From contig JAKAJH010000001.1 of the NCBI GenBank assembly GCA_021813905.1, positions 62,738 to 126,737 on the forward strand: a stretch of DNA of 64,000 nt, in the 5' to 3' direction. The notes beneath the pieces are model-generated. The model did no database searches and was not told the origin of the DNA. It was given only the letters and a program-made list of their open reading frames with translations. Of this stretch, positions 12,129 to 20,074 are shown in pieces; positions within the stretch are counted from its first letter, which is position 1, and every line of letters starts with the position of its first letter. Source of the DNA: Bacteroidota bacterium (GTDB taxonomy: Bacteria; Bacteroidota; Ignavibacteria; UBA10030). Both the position numbers and the translations under genes were made by a program.

Positions 12129-13784
12129 GTGGACGCACTGGGATCAGCCGCACGCACTGAGGAATCGTTCCGGAAGAATGCCGCGGCGTTCGCGCTGCTG
12201 CGGGAACGCATCCGGACCGAAGGCCGCCGCGTCGAACTGGGCGGCGGAACACAGGCGATGGAAAAGCATCGGAGCAAGGGGAAGCTTCCCGCGCGTGAAC
12301 GCATTGCGCGTCTGCTCGATCCGGGGTCGACGTTCCTCGAAATCGGTCAGTTCGCCGCGTACGGCATGTACGAAGAACACGGCGGCGCCCCTTCCGCCGG
12401 TACGGTATTCGGCGTCGGCATCATCCACGGGCGGGAAGTGGTTCTCGTTGCGAATGATGCGACGGTGAAGGCCGGCGCGTGGTTTCCGCTGACGTGCAAG
12501 AAGAACCTGCGCGCGCAGGAGATCGCGATCGAGAACCGGTTGCCGATCGTGTACCTGGTCGATTCTGCCGGCGTCTATTTGCCGATGCAGGCGGAGATCT
12601 TCCCCGATCGCGAGCACTTCGGCAGGATCTTCCGCAACAACGCGGTGATGTCCTCTCTCGGCATCCCGCAGATCGCCGCGATCATGGGACCGTGCGTGGC
12701 GGGCGGCGCGTATCTTCCCATTATGAGCGATGAGGCGCTCATCGTGGACAAGACGGGCAGCGTGTTCCTGGCCGGCTCGCATCTGGTGCGCGCCGCGATC
12801 GGCGAAGAGGTCGAGAACGAAGCCCTCGGCGGTGCAACAATTCACTGTGAGATCAGTGGCGTCACCGATTACAAGATGCGGGACGATGCCGAATGCCTTG
12901 ACAAGGTCCGGAGCATCATCGGCAAGATGGGCGACCGGCCGCGGGCGGGATTCGACCGGATCGATCCGGTCGCGCCGGCGTTCGATGCGGAGGAGATCGT
13001 CGGAATTCTTCCGGCGGACCGCGCGAAACCGTACGATATGTATCAGGTCCTGGCGCGGATCATCGACGACCGTTCGTTCGATGAGTACAAGGCCGGATTC
13101 GGCCGGACCATCATTACCGGGTACGCCCGCATCGACGGCTGGGCGGTGGGCATTGTGGCGAACCAGCGGTCGGTGGTGCGGACGCGCAAGGGCGAGATGC
13201 AGGTCGGCGGCGTGATCTACAGCGACAGCGCCGACAAAGCCGCGCGGTTCATCATGAACTGCAACCAGAAACGGATTCCCCTCGTATTCTTCCAGGATGT
13301 CACCGGGTTCATGGTGGGAAGCCGTGCGGAGCACGGGGGGATCATCAAGGACGGCGCCAAAATGGTCAACGCGGTGGCGAACAGTGTTGTACCGAAGTTC
13401 ACCGTCATCGTCGGGAACAGCTATGGGGCCGGCAATTATGCCATGTGCGGCAAGGCCTACGATCCGCGCCTCATCGTCGCCTGGCCGACGGCCCAGATCG
13501 CGGTCATGGGCGGCAAGCAGGCCAGCGAAACGCTCCTCGGCATCCGCCTGCGGGCCATGGAAGCCGGCGGACGGCATGTTTCCGAGGCCGAGCAGAAGGC
13601 ACTTCTCTCCGAGATCCAGTCACGGTACGATGCGGAACTTGACCCGCTCTTTGCCGCCGCCCGGCTGTGGGTGGATGCGATCATCGATCCGACCGAAACG
13701 CGATCCGTTCTTTCCCGCGGCATCGCGATGGCCGACCGGAATCCTGAGATCCCGCGATTCAATCCCGGTGTCCTGCAGGTGTGA
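12129..13784 (+). CDS. acyl-CoA carboxylase carboxyltransferase subunit (methylcrotonyl-CoA carboxylase beta-like)
   Basis: KGKLPARERIARLLDPGS, VANDATVKAGAWFP and the second CoA-carboxyltransferase half (IVANQRSV..., GNSYGAGNYAM) match MccB/PccB-type enzymes. The family length fits a GTG 12129 start just after the upstream stop; the track's ATG 11970 lies inside the upstream gene. Confidence 0.88.
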   Translation: MDALGSAARTEESFRKNAAAFALLRERIRTEGRRVELGGGTQAMEKHRSKGKLPARERIARLLDPGSTFLEIGQFAAYGMYEEHGGAPSAGTVFGVGIIHGREVVLVANDATVKAGAWFPLTCKKNLRAQEIAIENRLPIVYLVDSAGVYLPMQAEIFPDREHFGRIFRNNAVMSSLGIPQIAAIMGPCVAGGAYLPIMSDEALIVDKTGSVFLAGSHLVRAAIGEEVENEALGGATIHCEISGVTDYKMRDDAECLDKVRSIIGKMGDRPRAGFDRIDPVAPAFDAEEIVGILPADRAKPYDMYQVLARIIDDRSFDEYKAGFGRTIITGYARIDGWAVGIVANQRSVVRTRKGEMQVGGVIYSDSADKAARFIMNCNQKRIPLVFFQDVTGFMVGSRAEHGGIIKDGAKMVNAVANSVVPKFTVIVGNSYGAGNYAMCGKAYDPRLIVAWPTAQIAVMGGKQASETLLGIRLRAMEAGGRHVSEAEQKALLSEIQSRYDAELDPLFAAARLWVDAIIDPTETRSVLSRGIAMADRNPEIPRFNPGVLQV

Positions 13785-13805
13785 TGCAGCGGTCGGTCGC
13801 GTGGC

Positions 13806-14531
13806 ATGAAACGCCGAATCGTCATACTCCTCCTGGTGCTCGCCGGGGCGCCGGTCCTGGCGGCGGCACAGTGTGACGATGAGCCATCGCCCGACGGCCT
13901 CACGTGGGACTTTGATGTCGGGAGCGGAAAAGGATTCTCGATCGGAGGATTTCTCCGCGATGCGTTCACACCGCAGATCATCACCGACACCAAACGCATC
14001 CGCGATTACATCCGCGATGATCGCTTTCAGACGCTCCGGTTGCGCTGCGGCGAGATACGCGCAGTCGACGGCATCTATCTGAAATCGCTGAAGATCTCGG
14101 ATTACGACATCGGCCGGGCCCTGTTCCTGTCGCTCATGGCCGTGCTCGAACATCAGAAGGTGGACGTCAAGATGCCCGTGCTGAGTTCGGTCGCCCTTCC
14201 CCTGACGTTCGAGGAGGATAGTCTCTTCAAGGCGCGACTGGCGCATTTGCCGTCTCGCCTCTATCCCGACACACCGCCCGAGGGCGATCGGGACAAGCTG
14301 CAGCACTTCTTTGCCTCGGCATATCTCTCGTACGCCACGGAGTCGCCCGACCTGGCGCGCACCAGCGGGAACTTCGTCGAGTGGGGTGAAGCGCGTTTCA
14401 TCGTCGGCGGCGCGGACGATCCGCGTGACAAGCGCTCCAACAAACAGGGAGAAGCGTTCGGACGCGATCTCCTGGTGGTCAAGACGCTGCTTCCCTCCGA
14501 CTATCTGAGGATACCGAAAGGAGCCCGCTGA
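13806..14531 (+). CDS. hypothetical secreted protein
   Basis: 241-aa ORF with a clear signal peptide (MKRRIVILLLVLAGAPVLAAAQC). It sits in a co-directional array with 21- and 25-nt gaps. I recognise no family. Confidence 0.65.
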   Translation: MKRRIVILLLVLAGAPVLAAAQCDDEPSPDGLTWDFDVGSGKGFSIGGFLRDAFTPQIITDTKRIRDYIRDDRFQTLRLRCGEIRAVDGIYLKSLKISDYDIGRALFLSLMAVLEHQKVDVKMPVLSSVALPLTFEEDSLFKARLAHLPSRLYPDTPPEGDRDKLQHFFASAYLSYATESPDLARTSGNFVEWGEARFIVGGADDPRDKRSNKQGEAFGRDLLVVKTLLPSDYLRIPKGAR

Positions 14532-14556
14532 GCCGGCGGGACCCGGACAAGAACCC

Positions 14557-15936
14557 ATGAAGACGATTCTGGTCATTGATGATGAGCAAAGCGTGCGGGA
14601 TTCACTCCGCATGATCCTCGAGTACGAGAAATACGCCGTCGACTGTGCGGAGAACGGCGAGCAGGGACTCACGGTCCTGGACCGCCAGCCCGTCGGTGTC
14701 GTACTGCTGGATGTGAAGATGGCCGGAATGGACGGCATCGAGGTGCTGGGCAAGATCCGACAGAAGATGCCGAATCTTCCCGTGGTGATGATCTCGGGCC
14801 ACGGAACCATCGAGACCGCGGTCGAAGCGACCAAGCTCGGCGCATTCGACTTCCTGTCAAAGCCGCTCGACCGGGACAAGCTGCTGGTTACAGTCCGGAA
14901 CGCGCTTCAGCAGGCCGCTCTTTCGGAAGAGTTTCAGCGGCTTCAGGCGCGCGTGGAGGGACAGCGGCGCATTCTCGGAAACAGTCGCAAGATTCGCGAA
15001 GTGCTCGATATCGTCGACCGTGTGGCGCCAACGGACGCGCGTGTGCTGATCACCGGCGAGAACGGCACGGGCAAGGAGTTGGTCGCCCGCGCGATCCATC
15101 GGGCGAGCAAGCGTGCCGCCCGACCGTTCATCGAGGTGAATTGCGCGGCGATCCCTGCCGACCTGATTGAATCGGAACTCTTCGGTCACGAGAAGGGCTC
15201 GTTCACCGGCGCGGTGGCGCAGCGCATCGGCAAGTTCGAGCAGGCGGACGGCGCGACGCTCTTTCTGGACGAGGTCGGCGACATGAGTCTGCAGGCGCAG
15301 GCGAAAGTGCTCCGCGCCCTGGAGGAAGGAAAACTCGAACGTGTCGGCGGCAATCGCCTCATCCCCGTCGACGTCCGCGTTCTCGCGGCCACAAACAAGG
15401 ATCTGAACGAAGAGATCGCCAAGGGAAGCTTCCGGAAGGACCTCTACCATCGGCTCAGCGTGATCCCGATTCACGTGGCGCCGCTGCGCGAGCGGCGCGA
15501 CGATATTCCCCTCCTCGTGGATGCCTTTGTCGAGGAGGTCTGCTCCCGCAACGGCATGGCGAAGAAAACGATCACGCCGGAGGTGCTCGAGACGCTCGGA
15601 TGTCGCGAGTGGCCGGGCAACGTGCGCGAACTTCGGAACGCTGTGGAGCGCCTTATCATCCTGTCTCCGGGCACGACCATGGATGCCCGCGTGCTGGACG
15701 CGTTCAGCTCCGGGAGCACGGAAGATGCCGGACTGCTGGACGGCGGCGGGACGTTCCAGGAATTCAAGGAACGCGCGGAAGCGGCGTATATCCGCCGGCA
15801 GTTGGAGCTGCATCGTTGGAATATCTCGCGTACCGCTGAAGCGCTCGATATTCAGCGGAGTCATCTCTACACGAAAATGAAGCGCTATGGCCTGATGAAA
15901 GAAGGTGCGGAAGAAGATGCCGATCGGGCTGAGTGA
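14557..15936 (+). CDS. sigma-54-dependent response regulator (NtrC family)
   Basis: Receiver domain (VLLDVKMAGMDG), AAA+ domain with Walker A GENGTGKE and ELFGHEKGSFTGA (GAFTGA variant), and a C-terminal Fis-type HTH (NISRTAEALDIQRSHLYTKMKRY). Confidence 0.92.
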   Translation: MKTILVIDDEQSVRDSLRMILEYEKYAVDCAENGEQGLTVLDRQPVGVVLLDVKMAGMDGIEVLGKIRQKMPNLPVVMISGHGTIETAVEATKLGAFDFLSKPLDRDKLLVTVRNALQQAALSEEFQRLQARVEGQRRILGNSRKIREVLDIVDRVAPTDARVLITGENGTGKELVARAIHRASKRAARPFIEVNCAAIPADLIESELFGHEKGSFTGAVAQRIGKFEQADGATLFLDEVGDMSLQAQAKVLRALEEGKLERVGGNRLIPVDVRVLAATNKDLNEEIAKGSFRKDLYHRLSVIPIHVAPLRERRDDIPLLVDAFVEEVCSRNGMAKKTITPEVLETLGCREWPGNVRELRNAVERLIILSPGTTMDARVLDAFSSGSTEDAGLLDGGGTFQEFKERAEAAYIRRQLELHRWNISRTAEALDIQRSHLYTKMKRYGLMKEGAEEDADRAE

Positions 15937-16092
15937 CGGGAGAAACGAACGATGAAGCAGATCGGGAACAGGCAGAAGATGCGCGTGGCCGCCGACGGGG
16001 GAATCTCGCGCACTCCTCGGGCCGGTCAGCAGGCGCGCATCGCGCACCAGCGGGCAGATGCGCAGCGGCGGTGGCGGGAGTCAGCAAAGACC

Positions 16093-16109
16093 CGGCCCGC
16101 CGCGGGCCG
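16093..16109 (-). terminator. possible intrinsic terminator after rlmB
   Basis: GC-rich inverted repeat (GGCCCG..CGGGCC on the minus strand) directly after the rlmB stop, followed by GGGUCUUUGCUG. The loop is short and the U-tract weak. Confidence 0.3.
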
Positions 16110-16883
16110 TCACCGCTGAGTCTTCGCTCCGGCGTGCCGCGACCGCGCCGCCTCGAACAGCACGACCGCCCCGGCTACGGACGCGTTCAGCGATCCCACC
16201 TTTCCGTACAGCGGGATACTCACCACAAAATCACACTTCTCGTGCACCAGTCGGCGCATGCCGCGTCCTTCGCTGCCGATCACGACCGCCAGCGGTCCAC
16301 GATAGTCGTGCTCGGAGTACCGCCGGTCTCCCTCCGCCGCCGTTCCAACGATCCATAATCCCGACGTCTTGAGCTCGTCGAGACACGAAGCGATGTTGGT
16401 GACGCGGGCGATGGAAAGATGCGACACCGCTCCGGCCGATGCTTTCACGACCGTGGGGGTGATCGCGGCGGCATGGTGCTTGGGGATCACGACGCCGTGG
16501 ACGCCGGCGCATTCGGCGGTGCGAATGAGGGCACCCAGGTTATGCGGATCCTCAATCTCGTCGAGCACCAGCAGGAAGGGCGGTTCGTTGCGCCGGTGAG
16601 CGACTGCCAACAATTCGTCCAGCTCCGCGTACGGGACGCTCTCGAGCAGTGCAACCACGCCCTGCGCCGGCGCATCGCCCGCAAGCTGACGGATCCGGTC
16701 CCTGTCCACTTCGCTGACCGGCACGCCGCGTTCACGGGCGAATTCGCGGATCTGCTGAATGACGGGGCCTGACGATCCGTGCTGGAGATAGATTTTTTCG
16801 AGGGCCTGACGGGCCTTCAGCGCTTCCAGCACCGGCTGCCGTCCGGTGAGGGTTTGCTCAGCGGGAAGGTGAGTCTCGCTCAC
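16110..16883 (-). CDS. rlmB: 23S rRNA (guanosine-2'-O)-methyltransferase, SpoU/TrmH family
   Basis: N-terminal L30e-like substrate domain (GRQPVLEALKA) and SPOUT domain (LVLDEIEDPHNLGALIRTAE, IPLYGKVGSLNASVAGAVVLFE). The GTG start overlaps the lgt stop (GTGA). Confidence 0.88.
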   Translation of the reverse strand: MSETHLPAEQTLTGRQPVLEALKARQALEKIYLQHGSSGPVIQQIREFARERGVPVSEVDRDRIRQLAGDAPAQGVVALLESVPYAELDELLAVAHRRNEPPFLLVLDEIEDPHNLGALIRTAECAGVHGVVIPKHHAAAITPTVVKASAGAVSHLSIARVTNIASCLDELKTSGLWIVGTAAEGDRRYSEHDYRGPLAVVIGSEGRGMRRLVHEKCDFVVSIPLYGKVGSLNASVAGAVVLFEAARSRHAGAKTQR

Positions 16884-17689
16884 GACGGTCGCGTGGAGAG
16901 GTACCGCCAGCCGGCGGCGCCGACGATCATCAGAACAACGGCGATCAACTGGGCTTCGCTCAGGCCGAAGAGGATGCGCGGATTCAGGCGGATGAATTCG
17001 ATCGAGAATCGCTCGAGGCCGGCGAGCATGAGATACAGCATGAACATCTTGCCGTCCGGCCGGAGGCGGTCCCGAAGTCGCCAGAGGATCCAGAAGAAGA
17101 TCGCGCAGATGATCAGCTCATAGACCGGGGTGGGGTGGCACAGGGTGTTGTCCGGCACGATCCCATGCGGATAGTTCTTCGTGATCTCGGGAAAATCGCG
17201 GAACGCCAGCGAGGGCGGGTAGGTCCCTTTGGAATAATCTGTCCCCCAGGGCAGCGTCGTCGGAAATCCGTAGTCCCCGTCGCCGGCCAGATGACAGCCG
17301 ATCCGTGCGATGCCGTATCCGATCATCAGCGCCGGAGACACGGCGTCGGCGATCACGAGAAACCGGATGCCCTTCCTCTTTCCGTACACGTAAATACTGT
17401 ACGCAGCGAGGATGAAACCGCCGTAGAACGTCAACCCGCCCGGATTGAACGCCATGCCGATCGGATCCGCCAGGAACGACGCGAGGTGCTCGAACAGGTA
17501 AAGGATCTTCGAGCCGACCACACCCGCCACGAGCGCGATCAGCGTGACGGTGTTCGCCGCGTTCGGGTCGAGCTTCCGGCGCTTAAATTCAAGGGTGAGG
17601 ACGTAGCTGGCCACGATGAAGCCGATGGCGAGCATCAGGCCGTAGCCGTAAATGGTGAACGGACCGATCTGCAGGATGCGTGGACACAT
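16880..17689 (-). CDS. lgt: prolipoprotein diacylglyceryl transferase
   Basis: Polytopic 269-aa ORF with Lgt signatures (GPFTIYGYGLMLAIGF, GGLTFYGGF, ARIGCHLAGDG, HPTPVYE). Confidence 0.92.
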   Translation of the reverse strand: MCPRILQIGPFTIYGYGLMLAIGFIVASYVLTLEFKRRKLDPNAANTVTLIALVAGVVGSKILYLFEHLASFLADPIGMAFNPGGLTFYGGFILAAYSIYVYGKRKGIRFLVIADAVSPALMIGYGIARIGCHLAGDGDYGFPTTLPWGTDYSKGTYPPSLAFRDFPEITKNYPHGIVPDNTLCHPTPVYELIICAIFFWILWRLRDRLRPDGKMFMLYLMLAGLERFSIEFIRLNPRILFGLSEAQLIAVVLMIVGAAGWRYLSTRPS

Positions 17690-17742
17690 GGCGCGTCAGC
17701 GGGTTTCTGTGATGATGGATGAAGAGGATACCCCGGCGGCGA

Positions 17743-18144
17743 TCATTGGATTTCCACCGGATCCGTTGAAGCCAGGATGAAGACGTCCTTCGGCTTGTGC
17801 CGGAGGGCAATTTCTTGCGGAGAAAAGTCGAACTCGAAGTCGTTGACCGACTTGTCCTGTTTGATCACACGCACCGTGTGCACGCCGGCGATATTGGTCA
17901 GATCGCGGCGTCCGCGGGCGGGACCGGTCTGCGGCATGAGAATTTCAGGGACGTGCAGGCCGAGGATGCGCAAGGTGATGACGCGGTCCTCCACCGACTC
18001 TTCGAGCAGGATCTCATAGCGGAAGCTGACAAAGATCTTGGTCGTCTGCACCAGGAAAACGATCACCTCGCGCTTCGTCTGCTCATCGTACAGCGGGAAA
18101 ACGTTGAGCGTGTACTCCGGTTCCTTCTTTGTACTCTTAACCAT
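17743..18144 (-). CDS. hypothetical protein (133 aa)
   Basis: The ATG overlaps the hisS stop by 8 nt, suggesting translational coupling, and the gene sits between hisS and lgt in one co-directional string. It has no signal peptide and I recognise no motif. Confidence 0.6.
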   Translation of the reverse strand: MVKSTKKEPEYTLNVFPLYDEQTKREVIVFLVQTTKIFVSFRYEILLEESVEDRVITLRILGLHVPEILMPQTGPARGRRDLTNIAGVHTVRVIKQDKSVNDFEFDFSPQEIALRHKPKDVFILASTDPVEIQ

Positions 18145-19459
18145 GGAGTGAACGGATCGTCTGTTCCAGAGCGTCGAGACGGACCGGATGGTCGGTACCG
18201 CTTCGCATGTCCTTCAGCCGGGCCTCGCCGGTCGTCAGTTCGTTCTCGCCGACGACGAGGACAAACGCAACCTGCTGCCGGTTGGCCTCGCGCAGCTGCG
18301 CCTTCAGACTGCGGTCGAGATAGTCGATCTCCGCCGGGATGCCGCTGCGCCGGAGGGCATGACAGGCGGCAAAGGCCCATTCCCGCGCTGTGCCGTCCAT
18401 AGCTGCGATGAATACGGTCGGCACCGGTTCCTCACCGGCGGGCCGCTTCAGGGCCTGCAGCACCATCAGCAATCGCTCGATACCGGCGGCGAAACCGACG
18501 CCCGGTGTCGGCTTGCCCCCCAGCTCCTCGACGAGCAGGTCGTACCGACCGCCTCCCATCAGCGCATCCTGGGAGCCGAGCGCGGTACTCGTGATCTCAA
18601 ACGCCGTCTTCGTGTAGTAGTCGAGCCCCCGGACGAGACGCCCGTCGATGGTGAACGGAATACCCGCCGCTGTGAGCAGCCGTCGGACGGCCGCAAAATG
18701 ATCCCTGCACTCGTCGCACAGGTGATCCTTGATGAGGGGCACGTGGGCGGTCGCTTCCCGGTCGGCGGGATCCTTCGAATCGAGCACCCGCAACGGATTG
18801 TTCGCGATGCGTGCGCGGCTGTCTTCCGAGAGCTGCTGGCGGATACGTTCCAGCTCGGTCTGGAGCAGCTGCTTGTACGCCGGCCGGCACTTCTCACATC
18901 CCACCGAATTGATGTTGAGGGCGCACGCGTCAATGCCCAGTGCCCGATAGACCTCCAGCGGCAGCTGCATCATCTCGACGTCGAGCGAAGGGGAGGGGGA
19001 ACCGAGCGCCTCCGCGCCGAACTGGTGGAACTGCCGCAGGCGACCGGCCTGGGGACGCTCCTGACGGAACATCGGTCCGATGTAATACACTTTAACGAGG
19101 GGAGACTGCTCGCCCAGATTGTTCTGGATGTAGGCGCGCAGGACGGCGGCGGTTCCTTCCGGACGCAGAGTGACGCTTTCGCCGCTGCGGTCGGGGAAGG
19201 TGTACATTTCCTTGCTGACGATATCGGTCAGCTCGCCGATACTGCGGGCAAACAGGCCCGTTTGTTCGAACAGGGGGGTGCGGATCTCGCGGTAGTTGAA
19301 GGCATGCATGACCTGACGCACGGTGCGCTCGACATGCTGCCACGCCGTCGCGTCGGACGGCAGAATATCCTTGGTTCCTTTGATCGTCCGGAACTTCAAA
19401 CCCGTCTTCCTTTCAACACGATCGACAATGGGGTTGCCCCGGCGTGCCGGGACACGCAC
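18137..19459 (-). CDS. hisS: histidine--tRNA ligase
   Basis: Class II aaRS motifs (GTKDILP, FRQERPQAGRLRQFHQFG, GGGRYD) and a C-terminal anticodon-binding domain. The track start is GTG 19459; a TTG about 60 nt downstream (giving ..KFRTIKGTKDILP) fits the family N-terminus better, so the 5' end is uncertain. Confidence 0.9.
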   Translation of the reverse strand: MRVPARRGNPIVDRVERKTGLKFRTIKGTKDILPSDATAWQHVERTVRQVMHAFNYREIRTPLFEQTGLFARSIGELTDIVSKEMYTFPDRSGESVTLRPEGTAAVLRAYIQNNLGEQSPLVKVYYIGPMFRQERPQAGRLRQFHQFGAEALGSPSPSLDVEMMQLPLEVYRALGIDACALNINSVGCEKCRPAYKQLLQTELERIRQQLSEDSRARIANNPLRVLDSKDPADREATAHVPLIKDHLCDECRDHFAAVRRLLTAAGIPFTIDGRLVRGLDYYTKTAFEITSTALGSQDALMGGGRYDLLVEELGGKPTPGVGFAAGIERLLMVLQALKRPAGEEPVPTVFIAAMDGTAREWAFAACHALRRSGIPAEIDYLDRSLKAQLREANRQQVAFVLVVGENELTTGEARLKDMRSGTDHPVRLDALEQTIRSLHG

Positions 19460-19498
19460 ACAGCACTTCCGCGCCGACAGGCTTCGCGATCTGCGGGA

Positions 19499-19969
19499 TT
19501 ATCCTTCCGCGAACGTTGCCTCTTCCTGGCGGAAGGCCTCGAGGATCTCCGCAGGGGTCTTGGCCTGAAGGAGCGTGTTCCGAAAATCCTCCTTATTCAT
19601 GAGGCGGGAGATCCTGCTGAGCAATTTGATATGAGGGCCGACCATGTTGTCGCGTCCGACGAGCAGAAAGACGAGTCGGACGGGTTGGTCGTCGAGGGAC
19701 TGGTAGTCGATGGGCTGAGCGGTCACCGCGAATGCGGCGACGATATCCGATACGGCATCGGTCTTGCCGTGGGGGATGGCGAATCCCGATCCGACACCGG
19801 TCGACATGATCCGTTCCCGCTCGAAGATGGCCGCGCGCATCCGTTCCTTGTCCTGCACCACCTTCTGGGTGGCGGCAAGGTCGATCATGGCGTTGATGAC
19901 TTCTTCTTTGGTGTTTCCCGGGAGGTCGGTCCGGATGGCCTGTTCACTGAGGATGTCGGTGATCTTCAT
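19499..19969 (-). CDS. ptsN: PTS IIA-type nitrogen regulatory protein PtsN
   Basis: EIIA(Ntr/Fru) fold with the phosphorylatable His in GVGSGFAIPHGKT. I start at ATG 19969 (MKITDILSEQAI), the family-typical N-terminus; ATGs at 19987 and 19978 are alternatives. Confidence 0.82.
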   Translation of the reverse strand: MKITDILSEQAIRTDLPGNTKEEVINAMIDLAATQKVVQDKERMRAAIFERERIMSTGVGSGFAIPHGKTDAVSDIVAAFAVTAQPIDYQSLDDQPVRLVFLLVGRDNMVGPHIKLLSRISRLMNKEDFRNTLLQAKTPAEILEAFRQEEATFAEG

Positions 19970-20074
19970 CGATAGCATACTCCGCAATGTCCGCGCAGAG
20001 CCTGAGCGCCGCGGGCAAGTTATAACTTGCGCAAATTTTCCTGAAATGCCAACTCCATTCTTCCGGCGGCGCGG

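Noticed and set aside
15933-16358. 141-aa ORF starting at a GTG that overlaps the NtrC-type gene stop and runs antisense into rlmB.
   Set aside because: Arg/Ala/Pro-rich low-complexity translation. It overlaps a well-supported gene on the other strand.
17136-17152. Sigma-54-like TGGCAC...TTGT, and other TGGCAC hits near 736, 6894, 31597 and 37885.
   Set aside because: The -24/-12 spacing is wrong or the GC dinucleotide is missing. All lie inside coding sequence, and the first is antisense to lgt.
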